Assembly: GCA_950097015.1 (NCBI GenBank)
Contig: CATNEN010000003.1
Location: forward strand, 5,146,001-5,210,000
DNA length: 64,000 nt
Direction: 5' to 3'
Origin: Macrostomum hystrix
Taxonomy: Eukaryota; Animalia; Platyhelminthes
Positions 48,714 through 61,692 of this stretch are shown piece by piece. The notes beneath the pieces were generated by a model. The model searched no databases. It saw only the letters and a list, made by a program, of their open reading frames with translations, and was not told where the DNA came from. How positions within the stretch are numbered: position 1 is the stretch's first letter; every line of letters starts with the position of its first letter. Position numbers and translations under genes: made by a program.

Positions 48714-51700
48714 CTAGAAATGCAAAGTAGACACTTGAATCTCGGCCAAATCGTCCAATATGGCGTCGGCGCTTAATCCGGCCTTCTTAGCCACTTCGAC
48801 TCGTTCGGAGTGACCCAGCGACACGTAGCGGTACATGAGGTCGCCGTCGATAACGCCGGATCTGGCCGGCTCCAGCTCGTGATGAGCCGGGGAGTAATAG
48901 CGCGACGCTTTGGGATGCAGGCCGGCGGGATGAGTGACAGCGTGGCTGAGATGCTTCTCAAGCATGATTAGGCGGGTGTAGACTGGTCTGCGAACAGGCG
49001 TCAGCATGTACAGGCCACCCTCGGAGGTTCCCAGAATCACTGAGTGTCCCTGTAAAATAAAAAAATAAAATAAATGCAATTCTGACGGACTAGAGTTCGA
49101 TTCCTGTTACCATAGCAACCGAACAACAAAGATTTATTTAATGTAAAAAACTTCAGTGAAAAATACCGACTATTTAGGAAATGATGCTTTGGATTAAAAA
49201 ATTACTTAATTAGGATGCAATTTGTAACCATGGCAAACGCATGACAGCCTTCGAAAGACTGTGTACAACTGTTTAGTCCGTGGACAGGAGAATAGGCTAC
49301 TAAAATAATGATGCGGTTCTTTGCTGCTACGACAACAGTAGTTTGAATGAAACTTCCCTATCATGGCAGCACAAAAAATGTGGTAGTCAAGGACTCAACT
49401 CAATTTGCGTTGCCACGGCAACTAATTGTCGAATTGCGTCTCACCTGTTGAATATCCCTAGTCTTGGCTAGACCGGAGCCGCCCCTGAGACAATTGCGAA
49501 TTCGCAGAGAACTGTGCACATTGGAGGGCAGTCGGACATCCCGTTTGCGCACCAGGGAGCGCCCGCCGCGGCTCAGCTTCTCTGTGGGATCGTAGGCGAA
49601 TGCTAGCAGATTCCGACACGAGTCGCTAACCAAGAAGCCGAGATTTTGGCCGTCGACTAGAAAATTGCTGGTAAACACTTGGCGTCTGCGGATAGAAGAA
49701 GAGGATGAAATATTCTTAGTGAAACGCAAAATACTTATTTCTTGTTAAATCTGGTACATTTTATAGCTCGAGGTTAGTGTCAGACCTAACAAAAAGGTCA
49801 GGGGTTCGAATCCTGACTTCACTGGAACAATTTGTGTCTTTTAACAAGACACTTAATTCAGCATTTCCTTCAGTTTACCCAGCTTTTAACATCCTAAACG
49901 GAGGAAAACACACTAAATCTATATATTAAGATCCCAAATAGAGGATAACACTCCAAACCTATATATTAAGATCCCAAACAGAGGATAACACTCCAAACCT
50001 ATATATTAAGATCCCAAACAGAGGATAACACTCCAAACCTATATATTAAGATCCCAAATAGAGGATAACACTCCAAACCTATATATTAAGATCCCAAACA
50101 GAGGATAACACTCCAAACCTATATATTAAGATCCCAAACAGAGAATAACACTCCAAACCTATATATTAAGATCCCAAACAGAGGAAAACACTCCAAACCT
50201 ATATATAAAGATCCCAAACAGAGGATAACACTCCAAACCTATATATTAAGATTCCAAACACAGGATAACACTCCAAACCTATATATTAAGATCCCGAACA
50301 TGGGATAACACTCCAAACCTATATATTAAGATCCCAAATAGAGGATAACACTCCAAACCTATATATTAAGATCCCAAATAGAGGAAAACACACAAAATCC
50401 AGCAGGAAAACACAATATAAAAGTACACAATGGCTCATAAGTTACCTTTCCGAGTCCCTAGCAACCACGGAGAGCACCCGAACCGAAGGCTGGTAGCGCA
50501 GAAGCTGCACAGATTTGGTCAGATCAGATGTAACAATGAGATTCTTCACGCAGTGAATCGAATGAATAAGAATCTCCGAGTCAACAAAAGCAATGCCAAC
50601 CAATCTTTCGTCTTTCAATTGCCACAGATAGACTTTCTGGCCAATAGCTGACACTAGAAGGCCGTGACAAGAAGCCAGAGCTGTAACTGGACCTTTCTGT
50701 TCTTCGCGAAATGCCAATTTCATCTTGTAGGCGGTGAGTGGCTGGCCTGGCTCTGGCACAACATTGATCACGTCCAGTAGAGTGATGGTGCCCTGGATTA
50801 TTGACAGTTTTATAGAAACGAATTGCATTAATTATTAATAGCTAGTCAGGCACATGCAAATGGGTTAGAAGTAGAAATGTGAGGAGGGAGGGAGAGAAGA
50901 GGGGAGAAGATGGAAGGGGAGTATAGATGAGAGGAGATAGGAGAGGGAGAAGGTTGAGGGAAGCAAGAAGGGGAGATGAGATGAGGGGAGGGAGAAGGGG
51001 AGATGAGATGAGGGGAGGGAGAAGGGGGGAAGAGATGAGGGGAGGGAGAAGGGGGGAAGAGATGAGGGGAGGGAGAAGGGGGGAAGAGATGAGGGGAGGG
51101 AGAAGGGGGGGAAGAGATGAGAGTAGGAAGAAGGGGGAAGAGATGAGGGGAGGGAGAAGGGGGGAAGAGATGAGGGGAGGGAGAAGGGGGAAAGAGATGA
51201 GAGGAGGAAGAAGGGGGGAAGAGATGAGGGGAGGGAGAAAGGGAGAAGAGATGAGAGGAGGGAGAAGGGGGAAGAGATGAGGGGAGGGAGAAGTGGGGAA
51301 GAGATGAGGGGAGGGAGAAGGGGGAAGAGATGAGGGAAGGTAGAAGGGGGGGAAGAGATGAGGGGAGGAAGAAGGGGGGAAGAGATGAGGGGACGGAGAA
51401 GTGGGGAAGAGATGAGGGGAGGGAGAAGGGGGGAAGAGATGAGGGGAGGAAGAAGGGGGGAAGAGATGAGGGGAGGAAGAAGGGGGGAAGAGATGAGGGG
51501 ACGGAGAAGTGGGGAAGAGATGAGGGGAGGGAGAAGGGGGGAAGAGATGAGGGGAGGTAGAAGGGGGGGAAAGATGAGGGGAGGAAGAAGGGGGGAAGAG
51601 ATGAGAGGAGGAAGAAGGGGGGGAAGAGATGAGGGGAGGGAGGAGGGGGAAGAGATGAGGGGAGGGAGAAGGGGGGAAGAGATGAGGGGAGGGAGAAGGG

Positions 51701-54700
51701 AGAAGAGATGAGAGGAGGGAGAAGGGGGAAGAGATGAGGGGAGGGAGAAGGACATAAGAAGGATAAGAGAAAAGAGGAGGGGAAATAAAGGCGGCAGAAA
51801 ATTATATTGAAATGAGAAAGGACAAGAGTAGAAATCACAACAATCAATACATTTAATGCCTAACCTTGCAAGTAATCTCCTCATTGTAGCTCAAGTTAGT
51901 AGCCACAGCAACCAGCTCTTTGAAGCCTTCGGCGGTCTCCTCGGATTGAAGTCGGACAATTTTGCAGCAGGCCACTCTCTCCCAGTCTTCCATGTCCAGC
52001 CGGACGGAGGGCACAGCCTGCCAGTCCGGAGTATAAGCCTCAAAGAAGTAGCGATCGCGACAGGGCAGACAGTGAGTCGACGGCACCTCGCGAGTGTCTA
52101 TCGCCTTTTTGTGTGTGTTTTTGGATTGAGGAGAGGCGACAAATTATTCTATGAATACTACTGTCAGTGGCATTGGAAGCATGAAAAATTATTTAAGGAC
52201 GATGTTTAGCATAGCCTTTATGTATCGAAGTAACTTTTAAATAGTCTGAAATGCTGCTCAGGTACATCGTTTGGTGACACTAGACCCGCAGCCAGCGAGG
52301 AGGCAATTCTGCCCGTTTCGCTGACTCCTGAGCACACACGCACACAGATAACTGTACGCAGGCACACGCTCACACAGGTGTGTACATCTGCCCTGACTTT
52401 CTCGTCGTCATGTAGTGTACACTCTCACTTCGCCTTGGACGTTGGCCCTCAATGGCGTAAATTGCACGACAAGCCCCCAAGCCTTCTCTACGCTGCTGCG
52501 CCCCAAATGTGTACAACCGCTCAGTCCGTGGACAGTTTAAAAACCGGCCGAACTGTAAGCAAATTCCAACCTTATCTCCATCAGACGACAGTCGGCAGAT
52601 TGCATTAGAAGGCTCGGGCAGACTGCTAGTTACCAAATAGGTGCTAGTAGCTCGATGAAACTGCACCGAGTGAACTGTGCGACCCAACTGGACGCGTTTC
52701 CTAGCCCATGGAGACGAATAGTCATAGTCCTCTGGCAAGCTGGCCACTCTCAGGTCGCGCTCCGGAGTCAAATACAAGAATCCGTGCCTACAAAAATGCC
52801 GATCGAACGGCGCGAAAGCGCAAACGGAGCCGTCAATAAACATCGGATGCGGATAGGCCTGGCCGGATGGTGACACAACCAGTAGGTGGGGCCTGGGACC
52901 GCCGATAAACAGGCCTCTATAGCCGCCGATATCGTCGAATGGGACAAGTAAGCGAGCATTTTTAGCGTGCAATTGTTGCGACTCGGATTGTTGCTGCAAA
53001 AGCAATTGCTGCTGCTGCTGCTGTTGCTTGTTACCGGCGCGACGCTGCTTGCTTGGCTTCTTACCGGTGCGAAGTAGGACGCCGAGATCGTCTAGTCGAC
53101 GAAATCTAACGGCTAGACGACCCGCTGGCAGAGCGGCAAAGTCGGTGGCTGGCGCAGCGAACGCCTCGTAGGCGGAGACTTCGTCCCGGCTGCGGCAGAG
53201 CAGGAGCAGCCGGTCGAGATGGCGACCGACTGGCATTAAGCCTAGCTCTTCTACCTGAGATTAGGGATTAACAATATTAGGGAATTATGGTTGATAAAAG
53301 GCATCATTTTAAGGGGATAAGCACAGAAATAAGAAGATGAAACATAGAGAAAGCGGATAGAAATAAAAATACAACAGAGGGAGAAAAACAGACTGGGGGA
53401 AAAAGACAGAGATAAGGGGGAGAAAGATAAAGACAGGGGAAGAAAGACAGAGTGAGAAAGATAGAGACAAGGGGGAGAAAGACAGAGACAAGGGGAGAAA
53501 GATAGAGACAAGGGGAGAAAGACAGAGCAAGGGGAGAAAGATAAAGACAGGAAGAGAAAGATCAAGACAGGGGAAAAAACAAAAACAAGTAGGAGAAAGA
53601 CAGAGAAAACGGGAAAATAAAAGGACAATGAGAAAGATTGAGACGGGGGAGAACGATAGATACGAATGAGAGAAACATAGAATCAGGAAACAATGTCTCA
53701 CCTCCGGAGGCGCATCGTCATCAACTGCGGGAAAAGCAGCAGCGCCACCACTAGCAGCAGCAGCAGCAGCCAAATCCATCGGAGGCAGCAGATTAGCATC
53801 GATAACTAGCCTAGGTCCATCAGAGAATGATTTTGCAGCGAAGCAACAGACAAAGTCAGGCAGTTGATAGATTTCTAATGCGCCACTCTCGTAGCAGACG
53901 ATAGCCCAGTGTGTTGTCTGACAGTCGGCGTCGTAGTTTAAAGGCGGCGGCGGCGCGGTTGGTCGACGCGCTCGCTCGCTCAAAGCGTCGCCGTATAAAA
54001 GTACATCTTCTTCCTCGACGGGATCAAAAGTTGGAGCGGCCGCGAAAGCGGCATAATTTGACTCGAAATGATCTTCAATATTGTTAGATTTCCGGTGCAG
54101 CCTTAGAAACGGATGATCAGTGATGGCTATGGCTGTAGCAAAGCTGTATTGCTGTACAGTTGGCCTCTCCATGCGCAGTGTTTCGCCCACTACTTCCAGT
54201 AGTATGAAACCGTCAGTTTCGTCAACGATTAGTACGAACGGATCGCAAACAGTAACTAGGCGGGCGCGCTCCTCCAATGGCTGGACTAGGACCGATTGGC
54301 TGCCGCGTAGGAGTCGAACTGACGAGGGACACACCTGGGGAGATTAGGAATGGGAAATAAAGGGCAAGATTTTCTCGCCTGTAATCAACAGGAAGGGGGT
54401 CGGAGGCTGAGAGCGGTCTAACGCGTTTGCCTCTCGCACCGAGGTTCCTGAGTTCGATTCCACAGCGAGGCCACATTAATTCGGGGCGCAGCCGCGGAGA
54501 GAGGGCTGGGGGCTAGTCGTGAAACTTACGCCTTTGAGGACCAACCTCCAAGACACAGTGACAGTGTACATTGCCTGACGATGAGAAAGTCAGGGCAGAT
54601 GTACACACCTTGCGAGCGTGTGCTCAGGAGTCAGCGAAATTGGCGGCATCGCCTCCTCGATAGCTGCGGGTTGAGTCTATCAATCATCAGGGAGCTTGTA

Positions 54701-57700
54701 GCTCAATGCTTTTTGGACTTCTAGCTGAGAGGTCGGAGTTCGATTCTCAGCAGAAAAAAAACAACTTGATTAACTTCGCGTAATACTCGATTCCCAATCA
54801 GCATACTAATTGACTAACCTGCAAGCTTAAATCATCGCCAACATCTGCAGCCCACATTGTCGGCTCGCTAGTAGAGAATCCAGAATTCTCTAATTCGGCA
54901 ATCTCATCAGTGACCTGGAATACTAGGCTAGTCTCTTCCCTGCTCAGCACCAGATAGCCGTGGCCTTCGCATTCTTCGTCGTCGTCCATCTGATTAGATT
55001 CGTCGATTTGCCAGGGTCGTCGACGATCGCCGTACAATGACCAAAGGCTAGCGCAGTCGGGTATCTCAAAACTAGAATGAATCAATGGACGAACAGTCCT
55101 TTGTAGTAGATTGATGCCGCCATGCTCGGCGTGCCCGTACGAAGTGACGAGTTCCAGATTGGCATTCTCCTTCACAAGGAAGCCATCGAACATGCCCTGT
55201 ATGTAGGCTGCGGTCATTTCGCCAATGGGGCCAACATTAGGCAAATAATCGCATTTATCTAGCTGATAACGCTTGGTTGGATCATAGCAAGTCAGAGAAG
55301 CTTCAGTCTCATAAATTTCGTCCAATTCCGGATCGGTCACCAAGGGCACACCAAGGGGAGGCGGCGGGGGCGGAGGCGGCAAAGTCGGCTGCTGATTAGA
55401 CTGCTCGTCCTGAGTAGCAACCCTAGCCGGTGTCAACGGTGGCGACACGGTGTTAGAAATCGAAGATTCTAGTCGTCGTCTCTTAGCTTCGGTTGGCTCC
55501 GAAAGACTGTTTGATTCTTCGTCGTGTTGAACAACAGCTTCAGCTTCGTGCGGCATTGAGACTGATTCTGAATCGGGTTCGGCTTCTTGATCAGCCTGAT
55601 GATGATGCTGCTCATCTTCATTATCAAGTCGGTTGTCAGCGTCAGCATTTCTTTCGTCATCCTCGTCTTCATTATCGTGATGGTTGACGCTGCTATCGTC
55701 GTCGCCATCGCCGGCTGGCGGTGAAGGTGGTGGCGGCGGCGTTGGCGGAGGCGTGGGGGGCGGCTGCGGAATGGCTGCGGCTGCCGCAGCGGCCTCACCG
55801 TTAGTGAACTGCGCCGGTGCTGGCAAAGGCCCTAAGCCAGCTAATCTAAGCAGCTCAGAATCTGAGTTGAATGAGCCGACAAACAAAATGCCGCCGCTGT
55901 CGCTAATATCAGCCGGGCCGTAGCCGACCATGCCGGCAGATTCGGCGTCAATAGCTGGCAACAATGCGAAGCAAGACAATGGCGCAGCTTTGCCAATTAG
56001 CTCCCAGTGAAAGCCGTGAAGGCTGCGCATATTGGAATCGATATAAAGTGTGAAAGTGTAGAATGTACCGTCGCGTACGCCAACAATAAATTGTCTACCG
56101 CCTGTGTTTGGCAGGAATACGGCACGACCGCCGTCTAGGCTAACGCGCGGCGTTGGTGGATAAACTCTACGCAATGGGAAGCTCGTGCTATTGTTAACGT
56201 TGCTATTTAAAGCTAAACCAGTTGGTCGCTGATTCTGATTCAGATAGATGACACTGTTGCGAGCTAAAACCACTAGACCACCGATTGGTTTAGGTACTGG
56301 CAGCAATGCGAAACAATCGAATGGTAGACCAGCCTGGGACCAGATTATCGGATTAGTCTGCGGAATGAAAATATCGAAAACTAGCATTATTAAATATACT
56401 TTATAAAAGATCTGACAAAAACTGGAGTTAGCGAAAAAGATGAAGAAAAAGAAATAAACTGATTTATTTAATCTGAAGGATATGGAATGATTAATCTGAA
56501 TAATATGGTAGGATTAAAGTGAAGGATATGGAAGAATTAATCCGAAGGATATGGACGGATTAATCCGAAGGATATGGACGGATTAATTTGAAGGATATGG
56601 ACGGATTAATCTCAAGGATATGGAATGATAAATCTGAATAATATGGTAGGATTAAAGTGAAGGATATGGACGGATTAATCTGAAGAATATGGACGGATTA
56701 ATCTGAATAATATGGTACGATTAAAGTGAAGGATATGGACGGATTAATCTGAAGGATATGGACGGATTAATCCGACGGATATGGACGGATTAATCCCAAG
56801 GATATGGACGGATTAATCCGAAGGATATGGACGGATTAATCTGAAGGATATGGACGGATTAATCTGAAGGATATGGACGGATTAATCCGAAGGATATGGA
56901 CGGATTAATCTGAAGGATATGGACGGATTAATCTGAAGGATATGGACGGATTAATCCGAAGGACTAAAAAGCAATCACTGCATTTTCCTATGTGGATAAA
57001 AAACCAAATCCTCACCCTGTCTTTAAGATTAAGCGACATAGCTGTGATCCGAAATGTGTCATGTCGAGCCGTGACCCGGCCACTCCAAGTGCCAATCGGT
57101 TCGTGCAGAATGCACACAGTAGGATCGTAATAACCATTTAGAAATTGTACATCGGACACATTCACAATGGCTTCAGGTTGTTCCCACAATGTCAACACGT
57201 AGGACGGCAAAACGGCTGGTTTGGCATCGAATTCGGGTACGCCGACAAGTTGTTTGCGCAATGGTAGGACAGCTAAATGCTTATCATAAACTAGCATAAC
57301 AACGCAAGATCTTAACGGATCTACTCGCAGCATTGGAGGCCTAGTAAATTGCCGTCTGGCGTCTTTAAATTTGGTATCTTCGTAGGTGTGCAAAGATGTA
57401 GCGCGCAATTCGCGCATGGAATCGTCAAATTCAACTACAGACAATTTGGCCTCTTCAAATGCTAATAGAAGCGAATCGCGTTTATCTAAACAAGTAGCGG
57501 GCAAGGCAAGTGCTTCGCGAACTGGCGAATAGAATTCAACGCCGTAGATAAAATCCAAAGCCGCTCCGTTGTTGCTGCTAAGACCGGCGCTATTATTGGA
57601 AGTTTCCGCAGCATCGTCAGCTCCAGAGTCTACTAGACGATAGACTCTAAGCAGGTGTCCGCTAAATATTAACAATTGATGCTCTCTTGGTGACATTAGC

Positions 57701-58704
57701 CTGCTATACAGGCAATGCGTCACAGCTGTTGGCGGATGTAATTCTTTTAAAACGGTGCGAAAATCTGGCGAATAACTTTTGAAGATACTCTGCTGAATGT
57801 ACTGCTGTGTGGTCTGCGATGCGGCTACCTCTGTGACTAATATAGACGAAGGCGAGGGCGGGTGCTCCTGCTGTTGCTGCGTTGCCATGGGAATCGCAGC
57901 TGTAGGCAACGTTGGAGACGGAAGGCCAACAGCTGCTGCAGCGGCAAGCTGTTGCTGAGCTAGAAGCATTGCTGGCACCGAATCAGTCTGAGGGGACTGA
58001 GGAACCAATGCAGCATCTGGAGAAGACTGCTGCTGCTCAAATGACTGTTGACGCTGCTGTTGCATTGTCATCGACTGCGACTGATACTGCGACCTTGGCG
58101 ATTGCGTCATGGGCGACATTAAATTTGAAGAGGAACTCATCGACGGTGCAGTCATTGGCGGCATGGACATTACGGATGACACTGGCAATGCCTGTCTCTG
58201 CTGCTGCTGCTGCTGTTCCATCTGCATATTTTGCATAGGAGGCGGCATATGCATCTGCATAGACATTGGCGGCATAGACATTGGCATAGACATCTGAGGC
58301 GGCGGCTGTTGCATGTGCATCGGCATGGACATTGGCAGGGACATTTGAGGATGATGCTGCTGCTGCTGCATTGCTGAATGATGCGGCCCGCCGTAAGGCA
58401 TTGGGGGAGGCTGTGAGACGGTCATCATGTGATGAGGCGGATGCTGCTGCTGTTGCATCATGGGTGGATAGCCCATTTGTTGATAAGAACCACTTCCTGG
58501 CGGCATATGCATTTGGGGCATTGGTATGTACTGCTGCTGCTGCTGCTGTTGCGGCGGCGGCGGCATCATCATATGAGGCGGCAAGTGCATTGGAGGCATG
58601 CCTTGCATCTGATGCATCTGCTGCTGCTGTTGCTGATGTTGCATATGCGGCGGCAACTGCGGCATGCCACCCATGCCAAAGGGATTGCTGTTCATGTTGT
58701 ACAT
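48714..58704 (-). CDS. CPSF1: Cleavage and polyadenylation specificity factor subunit 1 (CPSF160), ~1902 aa, 8 exons
   Basis: Exons 58704-57016, 56357-54819, 54334-53702, 53254-52571, 52104-51865, 50792-50446, 49685-49445, 49049-48714, all phase-consistent. Hallmarks: ELHPPTAV, RDSLLLAFEEAKLSVVEFD, LPFDC...PVPKPIGG, VVPEPGQPLT, EQKGPVTAL, HPAGLHPK, IDGDL. Confidence 0.96.
49763..49885 (+). mobile_element. SINE family B 5' fragment, abutting a 40-bp minisatellite
   Basis: aaggtcaggggttcgaatcctgacttcactgg...caagacacttaa...ttcagtttacccagc. Confidence 0.65.
49895..50395. repeat. 40-bp minisatellite (GAGGATAACACTCCAAACCTATATATTAAGATCCCAAACA), CPSF1 intron 6
   Basis: Tandem periodicity of 40. Confidence 0.95.
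50880..51785. repeat. ~27-bp polypurine minisatellite (GAAGAGATGAGGGGAGGGAGAAGGGGG), CPSF1 intron 5
   Basis: G/A-rich tandem; the source of spurious Pro/Ser ORFs. Confidence 0.93.
52261..52512 (-). mobile_element. SINE family A, 5'-truncated (CPSF1 intron 4)
   Basis: Matches the family A body from catttggggcgcagc to ctagtgtcaccaaacgatg; no tRNA head. Confidence 0.8.
53375..53660. repeat. Degenerate ~20-bp purine-rich tandem (GGGGAGAAAGACAGAGACAA), CPSF1 intron 3
   Basis: Diverged tandem copies. Confidence 0.75.
54395..54678 (+). mobile_element. SINE family A (CPSF1 intron 2, antisense to the gene)
   Basis: tRNA-like head with GAGTTCGATTCC B-box plus the family A body. Confidence 0.8.
54690..54752 (+). 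pseudogene. Degenerate tRNA-like fragment / SINE head
   Basis: gggagcttgtagctcaatg...gagaggtcggagttcgattctc followed by an A-run. The D-arm is truncated and there is no proper acceptor stem. Confidence 0.4.
56470..56962. repeat. 23-bp minisatellite (GAAGGATATGGACGGATTAATCT), CPSF1 intron 1
   Basis: Tandem; most homogeneous near the donor. Confidence 0.93.
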
Positions 58705-60858
58705 GCTCTAAAATTATTAGTTATTCAAGCAACCTGTGCGCTTAAATTAACTCTCTGCCAGGACTATATTAGTCGGCAGTTTAATCAATTCTTCACTGTC
58801 GATGAATGCGAAAAGCTGGAATAGAGAGATAGATAAAATGATAAACAACTTTTTTTATTCTTCTCTTTCTAAGTTTTATAGAAATTTAAACATATGCTAC
58901 GAGTTGTTTACTAAAAACTAAACTCATAATCTAATTACGTCATAAAATGTTGAATAAATAAAAAACAACAACAGGGATATCCAAGACACACCCACTTTAG
59001 ACAGACACAGAAAAAGAGCTATTGCGTATTTTGTGTGTATATATCAGAGTTTATTGGACTACAAAATGTTATCGTGTGTGTGAGAGTTCCTGCTTATTTT
59101 GATTTCCCGATATTAACTAGCCTCTACAAGAATAAACAATTAGTCAATTTCACCATAGACATTTTGTTATTTATTTATAACATCTATCAAGTACACAATG
59201 GCCCATAGTCAAAAAGATGGCATTTGTTCTGTTTAAGAAAACAATTTTACCGAAACTGACGCACAAATTAGTTTATAAAATATAGCTTATACAGAAATAG
59301 ATAGCAAAGTTCAGTATTATAACTCGTTACAATAAGAAACGAGAATAGAAATATTGTAGGCATCTAGATGAATGAAATCAACGGTGAAGCGACATTTAAT
59401 TTAATATTATCCCATTGGCCTTAGGTACAGAAAAAAATGAAAACATTCTCATACCAGAAATATATAAAGAACAGAAACGAGTAGAAATGAAAATAAATAA
59501 CAAAAACATAAAAATTACTTTTCTAGAAACGCGATTAAAAAAGATACGACGCTTAGAAGCTACTGGCAGTAGTATGAAGGAAAAATAGTCAAGATTGACA
59601 AGCAATAATTAGATTAATGTCTTTTTTGGGCAATGAGTTTTAGGATGAAAAAGAACGGTAATATTGTGCTGTTAGAAGGTATTGCCCAAATAGCGATAAA
59701 ATCAACAGAGTAGAAGCGCAAGCTAAATAGCGAACTCACAACACGAAATATGAAGAGGAAACAGCAAAAACTCTAAACCAAAAACCAACTATTTTAAACT
59801 GTTCATTTCTTAATGCTAATAAATGAACTTTAACCAGACAAACAAGAACCAGAAACGTTCTGGCTGGTAAGATAAAAAACGTGACTATAAATAATGTAGA
59901 AGAAAAATAGTTAATAAGATAAAAAAACAGCACTGGGATCTTTTCAGTTTAGGAGGCAAAAGTTAGACATACTACTTTCACAGAATTCTAACACAACCTA
60001 AAAAATCAAATAATTATAGTATTTTGACTATGGATGGTGGAAAATTAAAATTAAACAAACAAATTTACCTTGGCATTCAGCAGAAGGGTTTTAACCGGCT
60101 TTTATAAGAAACTAACAAGTTAAAGTAATTCACAAAGACTTAATAAACAGTGATGTCGAGTTGGATAAAGAAATTTTAACAAACACTTCACCAAGCGTTG
60201 TAATTTCGTACAGTGCAACGATATAAGTGCATTTTAAAGTACAATTAAAAGTACACTTAAACTTTAAATTTCGCACTAGAAACTATTTGAAAAGTACTAA
60301 TTAAAATACCATTCAAAAGCACTTTTAGGTGTGCTCCTAATGTACTTTAAAATTTGTTACGAGCCAAGGAAAATTCTAAAACGAAGAGCCGCGAAAATGT
60401 TTTAAGCTAGCTTATTAGTTAGGTTTTACTATAATATATTTTCTTACTAGAATGGAATTATTTGGCACAGAATATGCTAACTATAAAGGCATGCACAACG
60501 CGCTTTAAAAAACAGGTACTTCCTAGCAGGATAAAGCAAAAGAAGAGACAGAGAGGAAAGAAGATGTGACATTTCGAGGAGATAATTGTTTTAGATTTTT
60601 CTTTTGCAATGCAGGAACGCAAAACACAACTATATTCGATTATAAATAATAAATATGGCGATAATGTGATACCAAACTAAAGCACTAGAATCAAACACTA
60701 CTTTATTTCCCAAAGTACCTTACTAAAAAATGTGACACAAAAGTATTTTTTGATAAACAAATAAATAAACTATAGCATTGAAAACTCCTAGTAATTTATT
60801 AAATTCAGTTTCCGTTCAAATAGAACAATCAACCATAGTATGAATAAATGTTTAGACT

Positions 60859-61603
60859 TTATTCGACAATTTTCTTCTCGTTTCCACCGGTAGCCAGGCT
60901 TCTCAATAGACGATTACCGCAGATGAATGTTGGCACACCGAGTAGGCACAGATAGCGCAGCGTTTCAAACATATTTAGACAGCGCCAATAGAAGAAGTAA
61001 AGGATTAGAATGCCAGCTAGGCCAATGTGGAATAGTAGGGCCGGTACGGACGTAACAAAACCAGACAGATTAGCGCCCAAATAGGCCCACAGGATTAGTA
61101 GGATTAGTAGCGGAGCCAAGCAGAGAATGCTGAAAGCCATAGCAACAGAAGCTGGGGCCATTTTATCCGGCTGACGAAATTCGTGCTTAATCTCCGGCTT
61201 CGGCTGCAGAGCGGCTCGTTCAACATCCTGCGGCGTGGAGGCCCCGGTTTTACTAGCAGATTCTTCTGGCAACTCTAGTTTAACATCGGCCAATTGCCAG
61301 ACTAGGGATTTGTCAATTAGAGCGTCGCCAATGATTAGCTCCATAGAGTAGATACCGGATAGATAGTCTAGATTCTTGCCGCTATTGGCTAGATCAATGC
61401 TGAACTTGTACACCTGATAAGGCCGCGAAAAATTAACCATTTTTAATTTTTGTATTCATATGATTGAATAATAATTAAGATCTACTAACCTTATCCTTAT
61501 CTGGCTCGGCAACAAAGATGGCCTCCTTATTGGCGGTGAGATGATAAAATCTAATAAAAGCCTGGTGCACAGTCATAGGCGTTTTATCGCCACTTAGGGT
61601 GAT
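60859..61603 (-). CDS. RPN2: Ribophorin II (OST subunit), last two exons; 5' part lies beyond the window
   Basis: Exons 61603-61490 (TVHQAFIRF...EAIFVAEPD) and 61413-60859 (SGIYSMELIIGDA...PKPEIKHEFRQPDK, three TM helices, LNMFETLRYL...GNRLL), all RPN2 motifs. Confidence 0.94.
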
Positions 61604-61692
61604 CTAGAAACGGATGCATAGAATGGATGATTTTGATTTGTAGCATTCAAGCTACGTAACTTTTTAAAAAGTGACATTCTATTTTTCCTAAA

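Noticed and set aside
57912-58824. Antisense or overlapping ORFs over CPSF1 exon 1, and similarly 40089-40534, 34401-35162, 2695-3054
   Set aside because: Shadow frames of GC-rich, CAG-repeat coding sequence with no independent signals.
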